From assembly GCA_043754535.1 (NCBI GenBank), contig JAYUUN010000020.1:1-56886 (forward strand): a DNA stretch of 56,886 nt, in the 5' to 3' direction. Positions 46,262 to 55,958 of the stretch are shown here, piece by piece. The translations under genes were made by a program, and so were the position numbers. The notes under the pieces were generated by a model. That model made no database searches, was not told the origin of the DNA, and saw nothing but the letters and a program-made list of their open reading frames with translations. Position 1 is the stretch's first letter, and every line of letters starts with the position of its first letter. This stretch comes from Chloroflexota bacterium (GTDB taxonomy: Bacteria > Chloroflexota > Chloroflexia > QHBQ01).

Positions 46262-47610
46262 TGAAAACGATCCGCGATTATCTGGCGAGTGCTGCCACTG
46301 CGGGCGACCTGGTGACGATCACCAAGGAGGTGGACAGCCGCATTGAGGCCGCCGCCGTGATCAACCAGTTTGCCCCCCGCCCTGTCCTGTTCGAGCGGAT
46401 TAGCGGCAAGGTTGGTAGGCTGGCGGCCAACATTGCCGCCAGCCGCGACCACTTTGCCGTCGCCCTCGGTCTTGCGCCAGATGCTGTGATGCCTGCCCTG
46501 ATCGCTGCCCTTGAGCAGCCGCGCACTCCTTCTCTGGTAAGCCGCGCCGCCGCACCCTGTCAGGAGGTGGTAGAAGCGGTGGTCAATCTTGACCTGATCC
46601 CCATCCTCACTTACTTCGCCAGCGACCCTGGCCCATATGTGACCAGCGGGGTGTGCATCGTCATGGATCGGGAAACTGGGCGCAACACGGCGATCCACCG
46701 CCTCTTGCAGCTTGACCAACGCAGCTTTGCCGCGCGGTTGGTAGAGAACCGAGGAACGGACGCGGCTCTCAAGAAGCTGCCGCCAGAGCAGGATTTGGAG
46801 ATCGCCATCTGTCTGGGTGCGCCGCCCCAGGTGTTGCTGGGGGCAGCGATCTCGCCCGCCCCAGGGGTGGACGAGCTTGCTATCGCCAACGCCCTTGCCC
46901 CCACCCCCCTTGTGGCGTGTATCACCAAGGACTTGCAGGTGCCAGCGGGCAGCGAGTGGGTGCTTGAGGGGCGGGTGACGCATCGTCTGCATACGGAGGG
47001 GCCGTTTGTTGACCTGACTGAGACGATGGACTTCCAGCGCGAACAGCCGGTGATCGAGATCGACTGCATCACCCACCGCCGCGACCCAATCTACTATGCG
47101 CTGCTACCAGGTGGTCTGGAACACAAGACGTTGATGGGCGTGCCACGTGAGCCGACCATCTTCGCCGAGGTGAGCAAGGTCTGCCGCTGCCTGGACGTGT
47201 ACATCACCCCCGGTGGCACAAGCTGGCTGCACGCCGTCGTACAGATCGCCAAGCAGAGCGCAGAAGACGGCCCCCGCGCCATCGCTGCTGCTTTCAAGGG
47301 CCACCCTTCGCTCAAGCACGTGGTGATCGTAGACGAGGACATCAACCTGCGCGACCCTATGCAGGTGGAGTGGGCGATAGCGACCCGCTTCCAGGCTGAC
47401 CGCAACCTGGTGGTGATCGCCAATGCGGGTAGCTCGTCGCTTGACCCCTCGGCTACGCACCTGGCAGGCCAGAAGTCGCGTGGGGCGAAGATGGGTCTGG
47501 ACGCGACCATCCCCTGGCTGCACCCCGACGGCACACCGCGCAGCGAGGAGCAGTTTGCCGACTTTCGGCGGGTGGCATTCAGCGGGGTGCGGCTGGAGGA
47601 TTACCTGTAG
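46261..47610 (+). CDS. UbiD-family decarboxylase, probable anhydromevalonate-phosphate decarboxylase (AMPD)
   Basis: EGPFVDLT, GGTSWLHAVVQI, HPSLKHVVIVDEDI, VEWAIATR, SSLDPS, KMGLDAT; TGATG-coupled to mvk. Confidence 0.85.
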   Translation: MKTIRDYLASAATAGDLVTITKEVDSRIEAAAVINQFAPRPVLFERISGKVGRLAANIAASRDHFAVALGLAPDAVMPALIAALEQPRTPSLVSRAAAPCQEVVEAVVNLDLIPILTYFASDPGPYVTSGVCIVMDRETGRNTAIHRLLQLDQRSFAARLVENRGTDAALKKLPPEQDLEIAICLGAPPQVLLGAAISPAPGVDELAIANALAPTPLVACITKDLQVPAGSEWVLEGRVTHRLHTEGPFVDLTETMDFQREQPVIEIDCITHRRDPIYYALLPGGLEHKTLMGVPREPTIFAEVSKVCRCLDVYITPGGTSWLHAVVQIAKQSAEDGPRAIAAAFKGHPSLKHVVIVDEDINLRDPMQVEWAIATRFQADRNLVVIANAGSSSLDPSATHLAGQKSRGAKMGLDATIPWLHPDGTPRSEEQFADFRRVAFSGVRLEDYL

Positions 47611-49079
47611 CCCGCTACCCGTTTGCCCCGACGGGTGTTGGGTGTACCCTGGTGGATGACAAAGCCGACCACGATCAGCAGCAGCAGGGTGGCAATGGCG
47701 ATCTGGTAGCCGAGCCTGCCGAGGCCGAAGACAGCGGCTATTGCTAGCGTTCCGCCCCACAGCAGCGGGCCTAGCACAGCGGCAAACTTGCCAGTGATGT
47801 TGTAGATGCCCATGAACTCACCCAGCCGCTCTGGGGGGCTGAGTTCGATCATCATCGTGCGCGCTCCCACCCACGTGCTGCCCAGCGCAATGCCAGCTAG
47901 CGGGGCAATACCGAAGCGGAAGATCGTCGGCTCGGTGATGAAGATTGCGGCCACCAGCACGATCATCCACAGCCCCAGTGAAATACTGAGCGTCTTTTTG
48001 CTGCCGAGGCCGTCGTTGATGAAGCCGAAGATCACTGAGCCAATCACCGCTGCTACGATGGCCGGGGCCAGCACCGTGAATGGGCTGTCGAAGCCGACTA
48101 CCTGCACTGCGTACACCCCCATGGCGATGATCACCGTGTTTAGCGCATCGGTGTAGAAGAAGTTGGCAACCAGGAAGCGGGTCAGCCCAGGGTAGTTGCG
48201 GCTGTCCTTCAGCGTACGCCAGGTCTGCGCCAGACTGTGGCGTAGCGAAGACCAGTTGAGACCAAAGTCGTTTGGCTCAAGCCCCTCCTGCTCTTTCGCT
48301 TGGGCCAGCAGCGGCTCTTTCGCGCGCTCTGCCTGGGCTAGCGGGTCGCTTTTTAGCGGATCGACGATCCCTCGCTGCGCTCCCGGCTGCAAGACTGCTG
48401 TCCCCGCTATCTCTGCCTCGACCCGGTCAGCCGCAGTGAGCCGCACCCGCCGCTCCTTGACGAGGAAGAAGCAGGGGAGGCTGAAAACGAAGAACAGGAG
48501 TGCAGTGGGGATGAAGCCGTTTTGCTCAAAACCCTTGCCAGTTTTGAAGAAGTTGGTGACGAGGAAGCCGCCGAGCAGCGCGCCCGCGTAGCCGATACCT
48601 ACCCCCCAGCCGCTAACCTTACCCCAGTTTGTGGTCGTGCTGACCGAGGGGAGCAAGGCATCGTAGAAGACGAGGGCGATCTGGTAGCCGACGTTAGCCA
48701 GCACGTAGAGGCCGATCACCAGTGGCAAGCTGCTAGCCCCGATCAGGCCCATGCCGAGCGTACAGGCAATGCAGAACAGGGTGCTGCTGACCAGCCAGGG
48801 CATCCGCTTGCCGCCACCGCGGTCGCTGAGGCCGCCGATCAGCGGGCAGATCAGGGCGATGATCAGTTGCGAGATAGATTGCGGCACGCTATACTGCCAG
48901 TCGCTGTTCGGTCCAGCTACAGTGAGGACGAAGGCAGGGAAGAAGGTGGTAACTATATTGAGCGAGAAGATCGTATTGGCGAAGTCGTAGAGCGTCCAAC
49001 TGGCGGTGGAGAGCAGCGTTGGCTTCGTCTCCTCGACTTCGACGCGCAAGGAGCGCACATTGGCGGCGGTGGTACTCAT
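47601..49079 (-). CDS. MFS transporter (UMF1/Atg22-like)
   Basis: SWTLYDFAN, VFYDALLP, KVSGWGVGIGY, GEFMGIY...GKFAAVLGP; ~12 TM helices. Confidence 0.9.
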   Translation of the reverse strand: MSTTAANVRSLRVEVEETKPTLLSTASWTLYDFANTIFSLNIVTTFFPAFVLTVAGPNSDWQYSVPQSISQLIIALICPLIGGLSDRGGGKRMPWLVSSTLFCIACTLGMGLIGASSLPLVIGLYVLANVGYQIALVFYDALLPSVSTTTNWGKVSGWGVGIGYAGALLGGFLVTNFFKTGKGFEQNGFIPTALLFFVFSLPCFFLVKERRVRLTAADRVEAEIAGTAVLQPGAQRGIVDPLKSDPLAQAERAKEPLLAQAKEQEGLEPNDFGLNWSSLRHSLAQTWRTLKDSRNYPGLTRFLVANFFYTDALNTVIIAMGVYAVQVVGFDSPFTVLAPAIVAAVIGSVIFGFINDGLGSKKTLSISLGLWMIVLVAAIFITEPTIFRFGIAPLAGIALGSTWVGARTMMIELSPPERLGEFMGIYNITGKFAAVLGPLLWGGTLAIAAVFGLGRLGYQIAIATLLLLIVVGFVIHQGTPNTRRGKRVAGYR

Positions 49080-49328
49080 CAGTGGTGGTTGACCCTTTCT
49101 CTGAGCAGTTTCAGCCTTCGACCGTCGCGGCCATTATAGCACAACCCGCTGCTAATACGTGGGGCTGACAACCGCCATCTTGTGCTTGAGGACGCAGCAG
49201 GTTGGCGTTTGTGCGTGGTAGGGTGCGCTGACCCTTGTTTCGCCCACCGCCAGTTTGCGCTATAATAGGCGGCGAACAGCAGCCTACAATGGCGTGGGCT
49301 AGCATAATCGGGAAAGAGGAGCATAGCC

Positions 49329-50828
49329 ATGACCACGCCCCTGAACCATCGCAGCAAAATTGTTTGTACCATCGGCCCTGCCTGCTGGGAGGTAGAGCAG
49401 TTGCGCCAACTAATCCTCGCTGGGATGAATGTTGCGCGCATCAACTTTTCGCACGCCGAGTACGAGTCCACCGCCCGCACCATCCGTACCATCCGCACGC
49501 TGGCTGAGGCTGAGGGTTGCAACGTGGCTATCCTCGGCGACCTGCAAGGGCCACGCATCCGCATGGGCGAGATTGCCGCCCCGGTCAGCCTGCAAGCCGG
49601 GGCCGAGTTCATCCTCTACTCTGACCCACACCACCCTGCCGATAGCAGGGGCGCGCCTATGGACTACCCCGCCCTGCCGTGTGAGGTGCAGCCCGGCAAT
49701 CTGGTGTTGATCGATGACGGCCTGGTGCAACTTAGCGTGGTGGAGACTGGCGGCGACTGGGTGCGGACGCAGGTGCTGATCGGCGGGCTGGTTGGCTCGC
49801 ACAAGGGGATCAACGTTCCCGGCGTGACCCTCGGTGTGCCAACAATTACGGACAAGGATCGCGCCGACCTCGCTTTCGCTCTCGATCAGGGGGTGGACAT
49901 TGTTGCTCTCAGCTTCGTGCGCGTTGCCGATGACATCTACGAACTGAAGCGGCTGATCCGCCAGCATGGGACGGCTATGCCTTTGGTCATGGCAAAGATT
50001 GAGAAGCATGAGGCCGTGCGCCCAGAGAACTTTGCGGGCATCCTTACTGCTGCCGACGGTATCATGGTGGCCCGTGGCGACCTCGGCTCTGAAATGCCGA
50101 CGGAGGAACTACCGATTTTGCAGAAGTGGATGATCAGCCAGTGCAACATTGCGGGCAAGCCGGTGATTACTGCGACGCAGATGCTGGATTCGATGATCCG
50201 CAACCCGCGCCCCACTCGTGCTGAGGCCACCGATGTGGCGAACGCGATCTTCGATGGCACCGACGCAACGATGCTCAGTGGCGAGACGGCCAGCGGCAAG
50301 TACCCGCTCGCGGCGGTGCAGACGATGGGCCGCATTGCAGCCCGCGCCGAGCAAGCCTTCCCCCACGAAATCTGGGCTGCCAGCCACCACCTGTGCTCCT
50401 TCGACAAGCACTTCACCCTCGACCCAGAGTCGGCGGCAGTGCTGAACGGCCAGAACCACGTGACCGAAGCGGTCTGTCAGGCGATCAGCGAGATTGCTAC
50501 CGAGCTTGGAGCGCGAGCTATCGTGACGATCACCCGCAGCGGCTATACCGCCCGCCATATCGCCCGCTATCGCCCAGCCATGCCGATCCTGGCGATCACA
50601 GACCAGCCAACCACCCGCCGCCAGTTGGCTTTGACCTGGGGGGTAGAAGCCTACCTGGTGCCAGTCTTCAGCAGCACCGACGAGATGTTGGCGGCGGGGG
50701 TGCAGGCTGCCCAGCAGCATGGCATGGTGCAGCCCGGCGACCTGATCGTGATCAGCGCGGGGTTGCCGCTGAATGTGCCGGGCAACACCAACATGATCAA
50801 GGTACATACGGTGGGGGAGAGGGTGTGA
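49329..50828 (+). CDS. pyk: Pyruvate kinase
   Basis: KIVCTIGPA, ARINFSH, DLQGP, MVARGDLG, ATQMLDSM, PTRAE, MLSGETA. Confidence 0.97.
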   Translation: MTTPLNHRSKIVCTIGPACWEVEQLRQLILAGMNVARINFSHAEYESTARTIRTIRTLAEAEGCNVAILGDLQGPRIRMGEIAAPVSLQAGAEFILYSDPHHPADSRGAPMDYPALPCEVQPGNLVLIDDGLVQLSVVETGGDWVRTQVLIGGLVGSHKGINVPGVTLGVPTITDKDRADLAFALDQGVDIVALSFVRVADDIYELKRLIRQHGTAMPLVMAKIEKHEAVRPENFAGILTAADGIMVARGDLGSEMPTEELPILQKWMISQCNIAGKPVITATQMLDSMIRNPRPTRAEATDVANAIFDGTDATMLSGETASGKYPLAAVQTMGRIAARAEQAFPHEIWAASHHLCSFDKHFTLDPESAAVLNGQNHVTEAVCQAISEIATELGARAIVTITRSGYTARHIARYRPAMPILAITDQPTTRRQLALTWGVEAYLVPVFSSTDEMLAAGVQAAQQHGMVQPGDLIVISAGLPLNVPGNTNMIKVHTVGERV

Positions 50829-52015
50829 TGCGGATCGGCTTCGACGCACGGCTAGTCTACTACCAGCAGGCGGGGATCGGCCAATACATCATCAACCTGC
50901 TGGCTGCCCTCACCGAGCTTGAGCAGGAGCGGGCCGCCCCGGAACGCAACCAATACGTGATCTTCCAGCGGGGCCGCGACGAACTCCCGCTCGTCACCGA
51001 GTCCTTCCAGCAGCGCGTCAATCTCCGTACTCCTGCTCATCACCGCTTCGAGCAGCCTGCGCTTAGTCTGGAACTGGCCCGCTTCGCCGGGCTGGATGTG
51101 CTGCACAGCCCCGACTTCATCCCCCCACTCTGGTTGGCGCGGCTACGGCGGCCCGCCAGCGTCGTCACCATGCACGACCTCGCCTTCCTGCGCCTGCCCC
51201 ACCTCAGCCTGCTGACCGGCGAGAGCAAGGGCTACTACGGTCAGGTGCAGGCAGCAGCACGGGCAGCCCGGCGCGTGATTGCCGTTTCCGAGAGTACGCG
51301 GCGCGACATTATCGAACTGCTGGGTGTGGACGAGCGCAAGGTGGCGGTAGTCTACGAGGCGGCCAACGCCCTCTACCACCCGGTTGGCAGGCAGGAGTTG
51401 CGTCGCCACCTGACGATCAGCCTGCGCGAGAAGATTGGCGACCAGCGCGGCTTCATCCTCTTTGTCAGCACGATTGAGCCGCGCAAGAACATCCCCACCT
51501 TGCTGCAAGCCTATGCTATCCTGCGCGACACCGTGGGCGAGGGTCTGCCTAACCTAGTGCTGGCCGGGCGCAAAGGCTGGCTGTTCGACGAGGTGTTTGA
51601 GCAGGTTCGCAAGCTCGGCCTGCGCGAACAGGTGATCTTCACTGGGGCGGTGACGGCGCAGGAATTGCTCTATCTCTACAATCAAGCGGTGCTGCTCGCC
51701 AGCCCCAGCTTCTACGAGGGCTTTGGCCTGCCAGTATTGGAGGCGATGTCTTGTGGCCTACCTGTCGTCGCGGCTAACAGCAGCAGCTTGCCAGAGGTAG
51801 CGGGCGCGGCGGCGATCCTGGTTGCTCCCAGCGATGTGGAGGGTTGGGCCGCCGCTATGCGCCGCTTGCTCGAAGACGAAACGTTGCGCCGCGACCTGCG
51901 CGAGAAGGGCTTGCAGCAGGCGCGCACCTTCTCCTGGCGGCGGGCCGCAGCAGAGACGCTGGTGGTCTATCAAGCGGTGGCAGAGGAGTTATGGCAGAAG
52001 AACAAAACTACCTGA
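50828..52015 (+). CDS. GT4 glycosyltransferase (MtfB/WbaZ-like)
   Basis: ATG 50828 (TGATG with pyk); MRIGFDAR, TMHDL, STIEPRKN, SFYEGFGLPVLEAMSCG. Confidence 0.92.
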   Translation: MRIGFDARLVYYQQAGIGQYIINLLAALTELEQERAAPERNQYVIFQRGRDELPLVTESFQQRVNLRTPAHHRFEQPALSLELARFAGLDVLHSPDFIPPLWLARLRRPASVVTMHDLAFLRLPHLSLLTGESKGYYGQVQAAARAARRVIAVSESTRRDIIELLGVDERKVAVVYEAANALYHPVGRQELRRHLTISLREKIGDQRGFILFVSTIEPRKNIPTLLQAYAILRDTVGEGLPNLVLAGRKGWLFDEVFEQVRKLGLREQVIFTGAVTAQELLYLYNQAVLLASPSFYEGFGLPVLEAMSCGLPVVAANSSSLPEVAGAAAILVAPSDVEGWAAAMRRLLEDETLRRDLREKGLQQARTFSWRRAAAETLVVYQAVAEELWQKNKTT

Positions 52016-52572
52016 TTGTTGGTCTGGGCAACCCTGGGCCGGTCTACAGCCGCACCCGCCACAATGCGGGCTTTATCTGCGTGGAGCGGATGGCAGAGCG
52101 CAACAGCCTGGCCTTCGACAGCCGCAGGCTGAAGGCTGAGATCGCACGTGGCACGGTCGCCCTCAAGCCGCTGATGCTGGCTAAGCCGCAGACCTATATG
52201 AATGAGAGCGGCCAGAGCGTTGGCGAACTTGTGCGCTGGTACAAGGTTGACCTCAAGAACCTGCTGATTATTTACGACGAACTCGATCTCTCCCCCGGCC
52301 AGTTGCGCCTGCGCGAACGTGGCTCAGCGGCAGGCCACAATGGGGTCAAGTCGATCATCCAGCACCTCGGCACCGACGAGTTTGCTCGCCTGCGCTTCGG
52401 TATCGGTAGGCCAGAGCGAGGCCTGGGCCGCGACTATGTACTGAACAACTTCACTCGTCAGGAGCAGCCGATCATCAGCGACACGATAGACCTTGCCGCC
52501 GAAGCTGCCGAAACCTGGCTGCGCGAAGGGATTGTTGCAGCGATGAACAAGTACAACGCGGGTAGCAAGTGA
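51991..52572 (+). CDS. pth: Peptidyl-tRNA hydrolase
   Basis: LIVGLGNPG, TRHNAGF, KPQTYMNESG, DELDL, GHNGVKS; ATG 51991 after GAGGAG. Confidence 0.97.
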   Translation: MAEEQNYLIVGLGNPGPVYSRTRHNAGFICVERMAERNSLAFDSRRLKAEIARGTVALKPLMLAKPQTYMNESGQSVGELVRWYKVDLKNLLIIYDELDLSPGQLRLRERGSAAGHNGVKSIIQHLGTDEFARLRFGIGRPERGLGRDYVLNNFTRQEQPIISDTIDLAAEAAETWLREGIVAAMNKYNAGSK

Positions 52573-52598
52573 GCGACGCAGCGGGCGGTTGGCAGCAC

Positions 52599-52631
52599 AA
52601 AAAGGCAGAGGCTATGCGGCCCCTGCTTTTT
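52599..52631. terminator. Bidirectional intrinsic terminator
   Basis: AAAAAGGCAGAGGC...GCCCCTGCTTTTT between convergent genes. Confidence 0.7.
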
Positions 52632-52651
52632 CGCACGCGGCTAGCGGTGGG

Positions 52652-53038
52652 TTAGAGGAAGAAGGAGAGGGCGACGAGGATTATCAGCGCGATGGCAGCT
52701 AGCACTATCAGGCGGCGAATGTCCTTCCGCACAAATACCAATTCATCCTCGACCGACAGGGTAGCGGCTGCGTTCCTGCGTCCTATCGGGCCACCGTAGC
52801 TAAGGCCAGTGCGGGTGGCAGCCGCAGCCCGCCCACGAGTGGGCGCACTCAGGCGGTTGGCGGTGGGCGGCAGTGCAGCAAGCGCAGTACCGGCCTTCAA
52901 CTCGTCGCCGTTGCTGGTGGCGAGGGGGGCAGGACTAGCCTGCGCCTGCATTCGCCGCCGAAACTCGGCTGCTTTGCGTACCTCTGCCGCGTTGGGGTTG
53001 CTCTTGCCAGGGGCCGTCTTGATTTCCTTCTTGGGCAT
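52652..53038 (-). CDS. Small tail-anchored membrane protein of unknown function
   Basis: 128 aa, basic N-terminus, C-terminal ELVFVRKDIRRLIV plus TM helix; RBS GGGAG. Confidence 0.7.
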   Translation of the reverse strand: MPKKEIKTAPGKSNPNAAEVRKAAEFRRRMQAQASPAPLATSNGDELKAGTALAALPPTANRLSAPTRGRAAAATRTGLSYGGPIGRRNAAATLSVEDELVFVRKDIRRLIVLAAIALIILVALSFFL

Positions 53039-53177
53039 AGTCGTCTAGTATTCTCCCTGCGTTGGTCACATAGGGGGGCGGCTAGGGTGCGGCCCCGCCA
53101 ACAAGCGGTTTGCTAAAAAAGCACTGCCGTATTATACTCCGTCTACCGCTATTTTGCAAACGAGGGGGTGTCCACCA

Positions 53178-55736
53178 ATGGCTGATGCAGAGAGGCAACC
53201 TTACGACCCGGCCCGTGCCGCAAGCAACGTCGAAGCTGCCTTGCAACCGATGCTGGCGGCGACCAGTAGTAAGGGGCTGGACGAGCCACCGCCTGGCGGC
53301 AAGTTCGCGCTGGTGATGAGCGGTGGCGGGGCAATGGGGGTGTACGAGGCGGGGGTACTCCAAGCCTTCGCCCTTAACGGCTTCAAGTTCGACGTGCTGG
53401 TTGGCACTTCGATTGGCTCGATTAACGCTGCGGTCTATGCTGAATATAGCCGCCGCCGCGAACAGCCCGCCAACCTGCCAGGCGGCAGCGGACAGTACGA
53501 GGAGGCCGATACCTACCTGCAACACTTCCTCCTGTTCTGGGAGTACATCAACCAGGCGAAGGTGATCGACTTTGACTATCCACCAGTGCGGGCAATCCTC
53601 CACGATCTGCGAAACCTCGACGTGGAGATTGGTCAGCTTGTCAACCTCTGGCTAGCCCTTACCGACGAGGCTCTCGACCGAGAGGCGCGGGCGGCTGGCT
53701 TGCGCCGCTTCTTCGCCAAAGCGCGTCGTTTCAACGCCTACATTGGCCTTGCCTATGCGATCAGCCCTGCTGTGCTGGTTAGCCTCTTTCGCCCTGGTGA
53801 CGACCTCTACGATGCGATTCGTAAGGGGTTGACCCAGATGAACGCTGGCTCAAGCGATGCACCAAGCGACGAGTTGCGGGGCAGCGACATCCGCAGTCGT
53901 CTGCGCCCAATCCTGCAAACCGCGCTGATTGGCTACTACGAGGCAAAGGGGCCAAATGACCCCATCCTCAAGTCGCTGTTCAGCAACCAGGCGGTGGTTA
54001 ATCTGCTCACTACCTTCCCCGCTGTAACGGTGGACGAGCAGTCGCCTGCCCTTGCTGCCCAGCTAGCCGCTCCTAGCGACGGCCAGCCCCGTGTCAGCTT
54101 GCCGCCGCTTAGTTTCGCCGATTATGAGCAGACGAGCGGCATTGTGTTGCGCTTCCCCCGCTCCAACGCCCGCACCGGCCAGCTTGAGGTGGCCGCCCGC
54201 CTGTCGCTGGAAGAAGAAGTGTTGGACACCCTCACCTGGTTTAATAAGCTGTTTGGCCTGGCTGCCCCCACCCTGGACGCGCTCAAGCAGGCCGCTGCTG
54301 ACGAGAGCGAGACACGCCTACGTCAGTTGCACCCTGCTGAGGAACAGGTAATGGCTGTGCAGCAAGGCCATGCACTGCTTGATAGCTGGCAGCCCAGCCA
54401 GAGCGAGATTGATGGGTTGGTTGACCTGATTTTCAGCCTGGAGACGCGCCTGGCGGTGATGACCGCCCGCGACGGCTTGCGCCTGCGCCGCAGCAAGTTT
54501 GTGCTGGGCAACCCTGACTTGCGGCGGGCGGTGCTGGCGAGTGCTGCCCTGCAAACCATATTGCCGCCAGTGACGATTGACCAGATTTACCCGCTGATCA
54601 ATCCCGCTGAGCATGGCGACCCGGCCAACGACGTAGACAACGCTGCTCTCCGCGAGGTGATGACCCTCTGTCTGGCCTACATCGCTACGAAGCCGCCGCA
54701 CAGTCGGGGCGAGCGAGTTAGCGGACTTAGCTCCGCTGCTACCGCCACCTGGGTGCGCCACGCCATGCAAGCGGGGGTGGCTGACCGCGCCGCGCAGTTG
54801 CAGGGCTTTGCCCGCTTGCTGCTCACCAGCCTGCCTGTGCGTCGTGGGCGCATTGCCGCCGCCGACCTGCTGCGCTGTGTCCTCTCTAGCTGGCACACCT
54901 ACTATCCTCTGCTCTTTCGCAGCCGCAATCTTAGCTTCCGCGAGGAGTACAACGATGGTGGCCCGACCGATGTCACCCCGCTGGGCAACGCCATTGATGC
55001 CTTGCGCGACCACCTGCACGCCCTACGCAGCAGCAACGCCGCGCAGAAGGTGAAGGAGTTCCTGGACGCTACCCACCACATCTACTTTATCCACCTGGCC
55101 GACGTGCCAAAGGGGGTGCGCCTGACCGACGATGGCGGGGCGGTGGCTGACGAACCGACCTATGACCCTGCCGACGCACAGGAACACAAGAGCAGCCTCA
55201 CCCCGCAAGAACTTAACCAGTCGCTTAGTTACGAGTATGGCTTGCGAACCCTGAACGTCAGTCAACGGGCCAAGTACCTCTCCGACGCAGCCAACGCCCA
55301 GCGTATCAGCCGCTACATCCGCACGATTAAGCAGTTGCAGCAGGGTCGCCCCGCTAGCGACCATGCGCTGGCTGATGACGAACTGCTCGACACCAACGTG
55401 GTCAACATCTACCCGGACGAGATGCTGACCAGCCTGCTGGGCTTCGACCGACGCACTGGCTACAGCCACAATCACCAGCGGCGGATGATTGCGATGGGTT
55501 GTGCGAACACCATGGAGACGCTCTGGCGCGAGTTGCAGAAGGCTGGCTCGTCGGCCCGCTACCACTCGCTGCCGCCTGAGGTGGCCCGCAACCTGCAAGA
55601 GCGTTGGCTAACCCCAGTCGCCCAGTCGGATGGCCGCCAAACCCTCTACTGCCACAACTGTGCCTGTATGTACCGCGCCGAGTGCAAGCTGACCAAAGTG
55701 CAACCCACCCGCAGCAGCAAGCCCACTTGCGAGTGA
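53178..55736 (+). CDS. Large patatin-like phospholipase
   Basis: MSGGGAMG oxyanion loop, GTSIG nucleophile, ASAAL, NDGG; C-terminal CHNCACMYRAEC; ATG 53178 after GAGGGGG. Confidence 0.85.
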   Translation: MADAERQPYDPARAASNVEAALQPMLAATSSKGLDEPPPGGKFALVMSGGGAMGVYEAGVLQAFALNGFKFDVLVGTSIGSINAAVYAEYSRRREQPANLPGGSGQYEEADTYLQHFLLFWEYINQAKVIDFDYPPVRAILHDLRNLDVEIGQLVNLWLALTDEALDREARAAGLRRFFAKARRFNAYIGLAYAISPAVLVSLFRPGDDLYDAIRKGLTQMNAGSSDAPSDELRGSDIRSRLRPILQTALIGYYEAKGPNDPILKSLFSNQAVVNLLTTFPAVTVDEQSPALAAQLAAPSDGQPRVSLPPLSFADYEQTSGIVLRFPRSNARTGQLEVAARLSLEEEVLDTLTWFNKLFGLAAPTLDALKQAAADESETRLRQLHPAEEQVMAVQQGHALLDSWQPSQSEIDGLVDLIFSLETRLAVMTARDGLRLRRSKFVLGNPDLRRAVLASAALQTILPPVTIDQIYPLINPAEHGDPANDVDNAALREVMTLCLAYIATKPPHSRGERVSGLSSAATATWVRHAMQAGVADRAAQLQGFARLLLTSLPVRRGRIAAADLLRCVLSSWHTYYPLLFRSRNLSFREEYNDGGPTDVTPLGNAIDALRDHLHALRSSNAAQKVKEFLDATHHIYFIHLADVPKGVRLTDDGGAVADEPTYDPADAQEHKSSLTPQELNQSLSYEYGLRTLNVSQRAKYLSDAANAQRISRYIRTIKQLQQGRPASDHALADDELLDTNVVNIYPDEMLTSLLGFDRRTGYSHNHQRRMIAMGCANTMETLWRELQKAGSSARYHSLPPEVARNLQERWLTPVAQSDGRQTLYCHNCACMYRAECKLTKVQPTRSSKPTCE

Positions 55737-55958
55737 CCACCCGCAGGCGCAGGGAGCAGTTAACCGACATTTTGCAAACTCTTTACCAACGTTTAATCGT
55801 ATAACCTGTGTGGCAAGGTACACGGTGTGCTATAATAAGAGCGAACCAAACGTCTTGTCAGGCTTTCACGCATATCAATCCCGTCGCAGTTAGCCCAGCC
55901 TTGCGGCCCACCGCCCCGCCGCAGCCCCGCATAGGCGCAGAATAGAAGGAGTATCCTG

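Noticed and set aside
46261..47610. UbiD as a ubiquinone/menaquinone decarboxylase
   Set aside because: Coupling to mvk and the archaeal-type motifs favour AMPD; no quinone genes nearby.
50393..50827. N-terminal extension of the GT4 ORF (also the extensions from 7222, 51844, 15931 and 33196)
   Set aside because: They overlap upstream genes or promoters; downstream ATGs with RBS or stop/start coupling fit better.
55837..55958. ~120-nt tatA leader as a riboswitch
   Set aside because: No known aptamer consensus or terminator recognisable by eye; an Rfam search would be needed.
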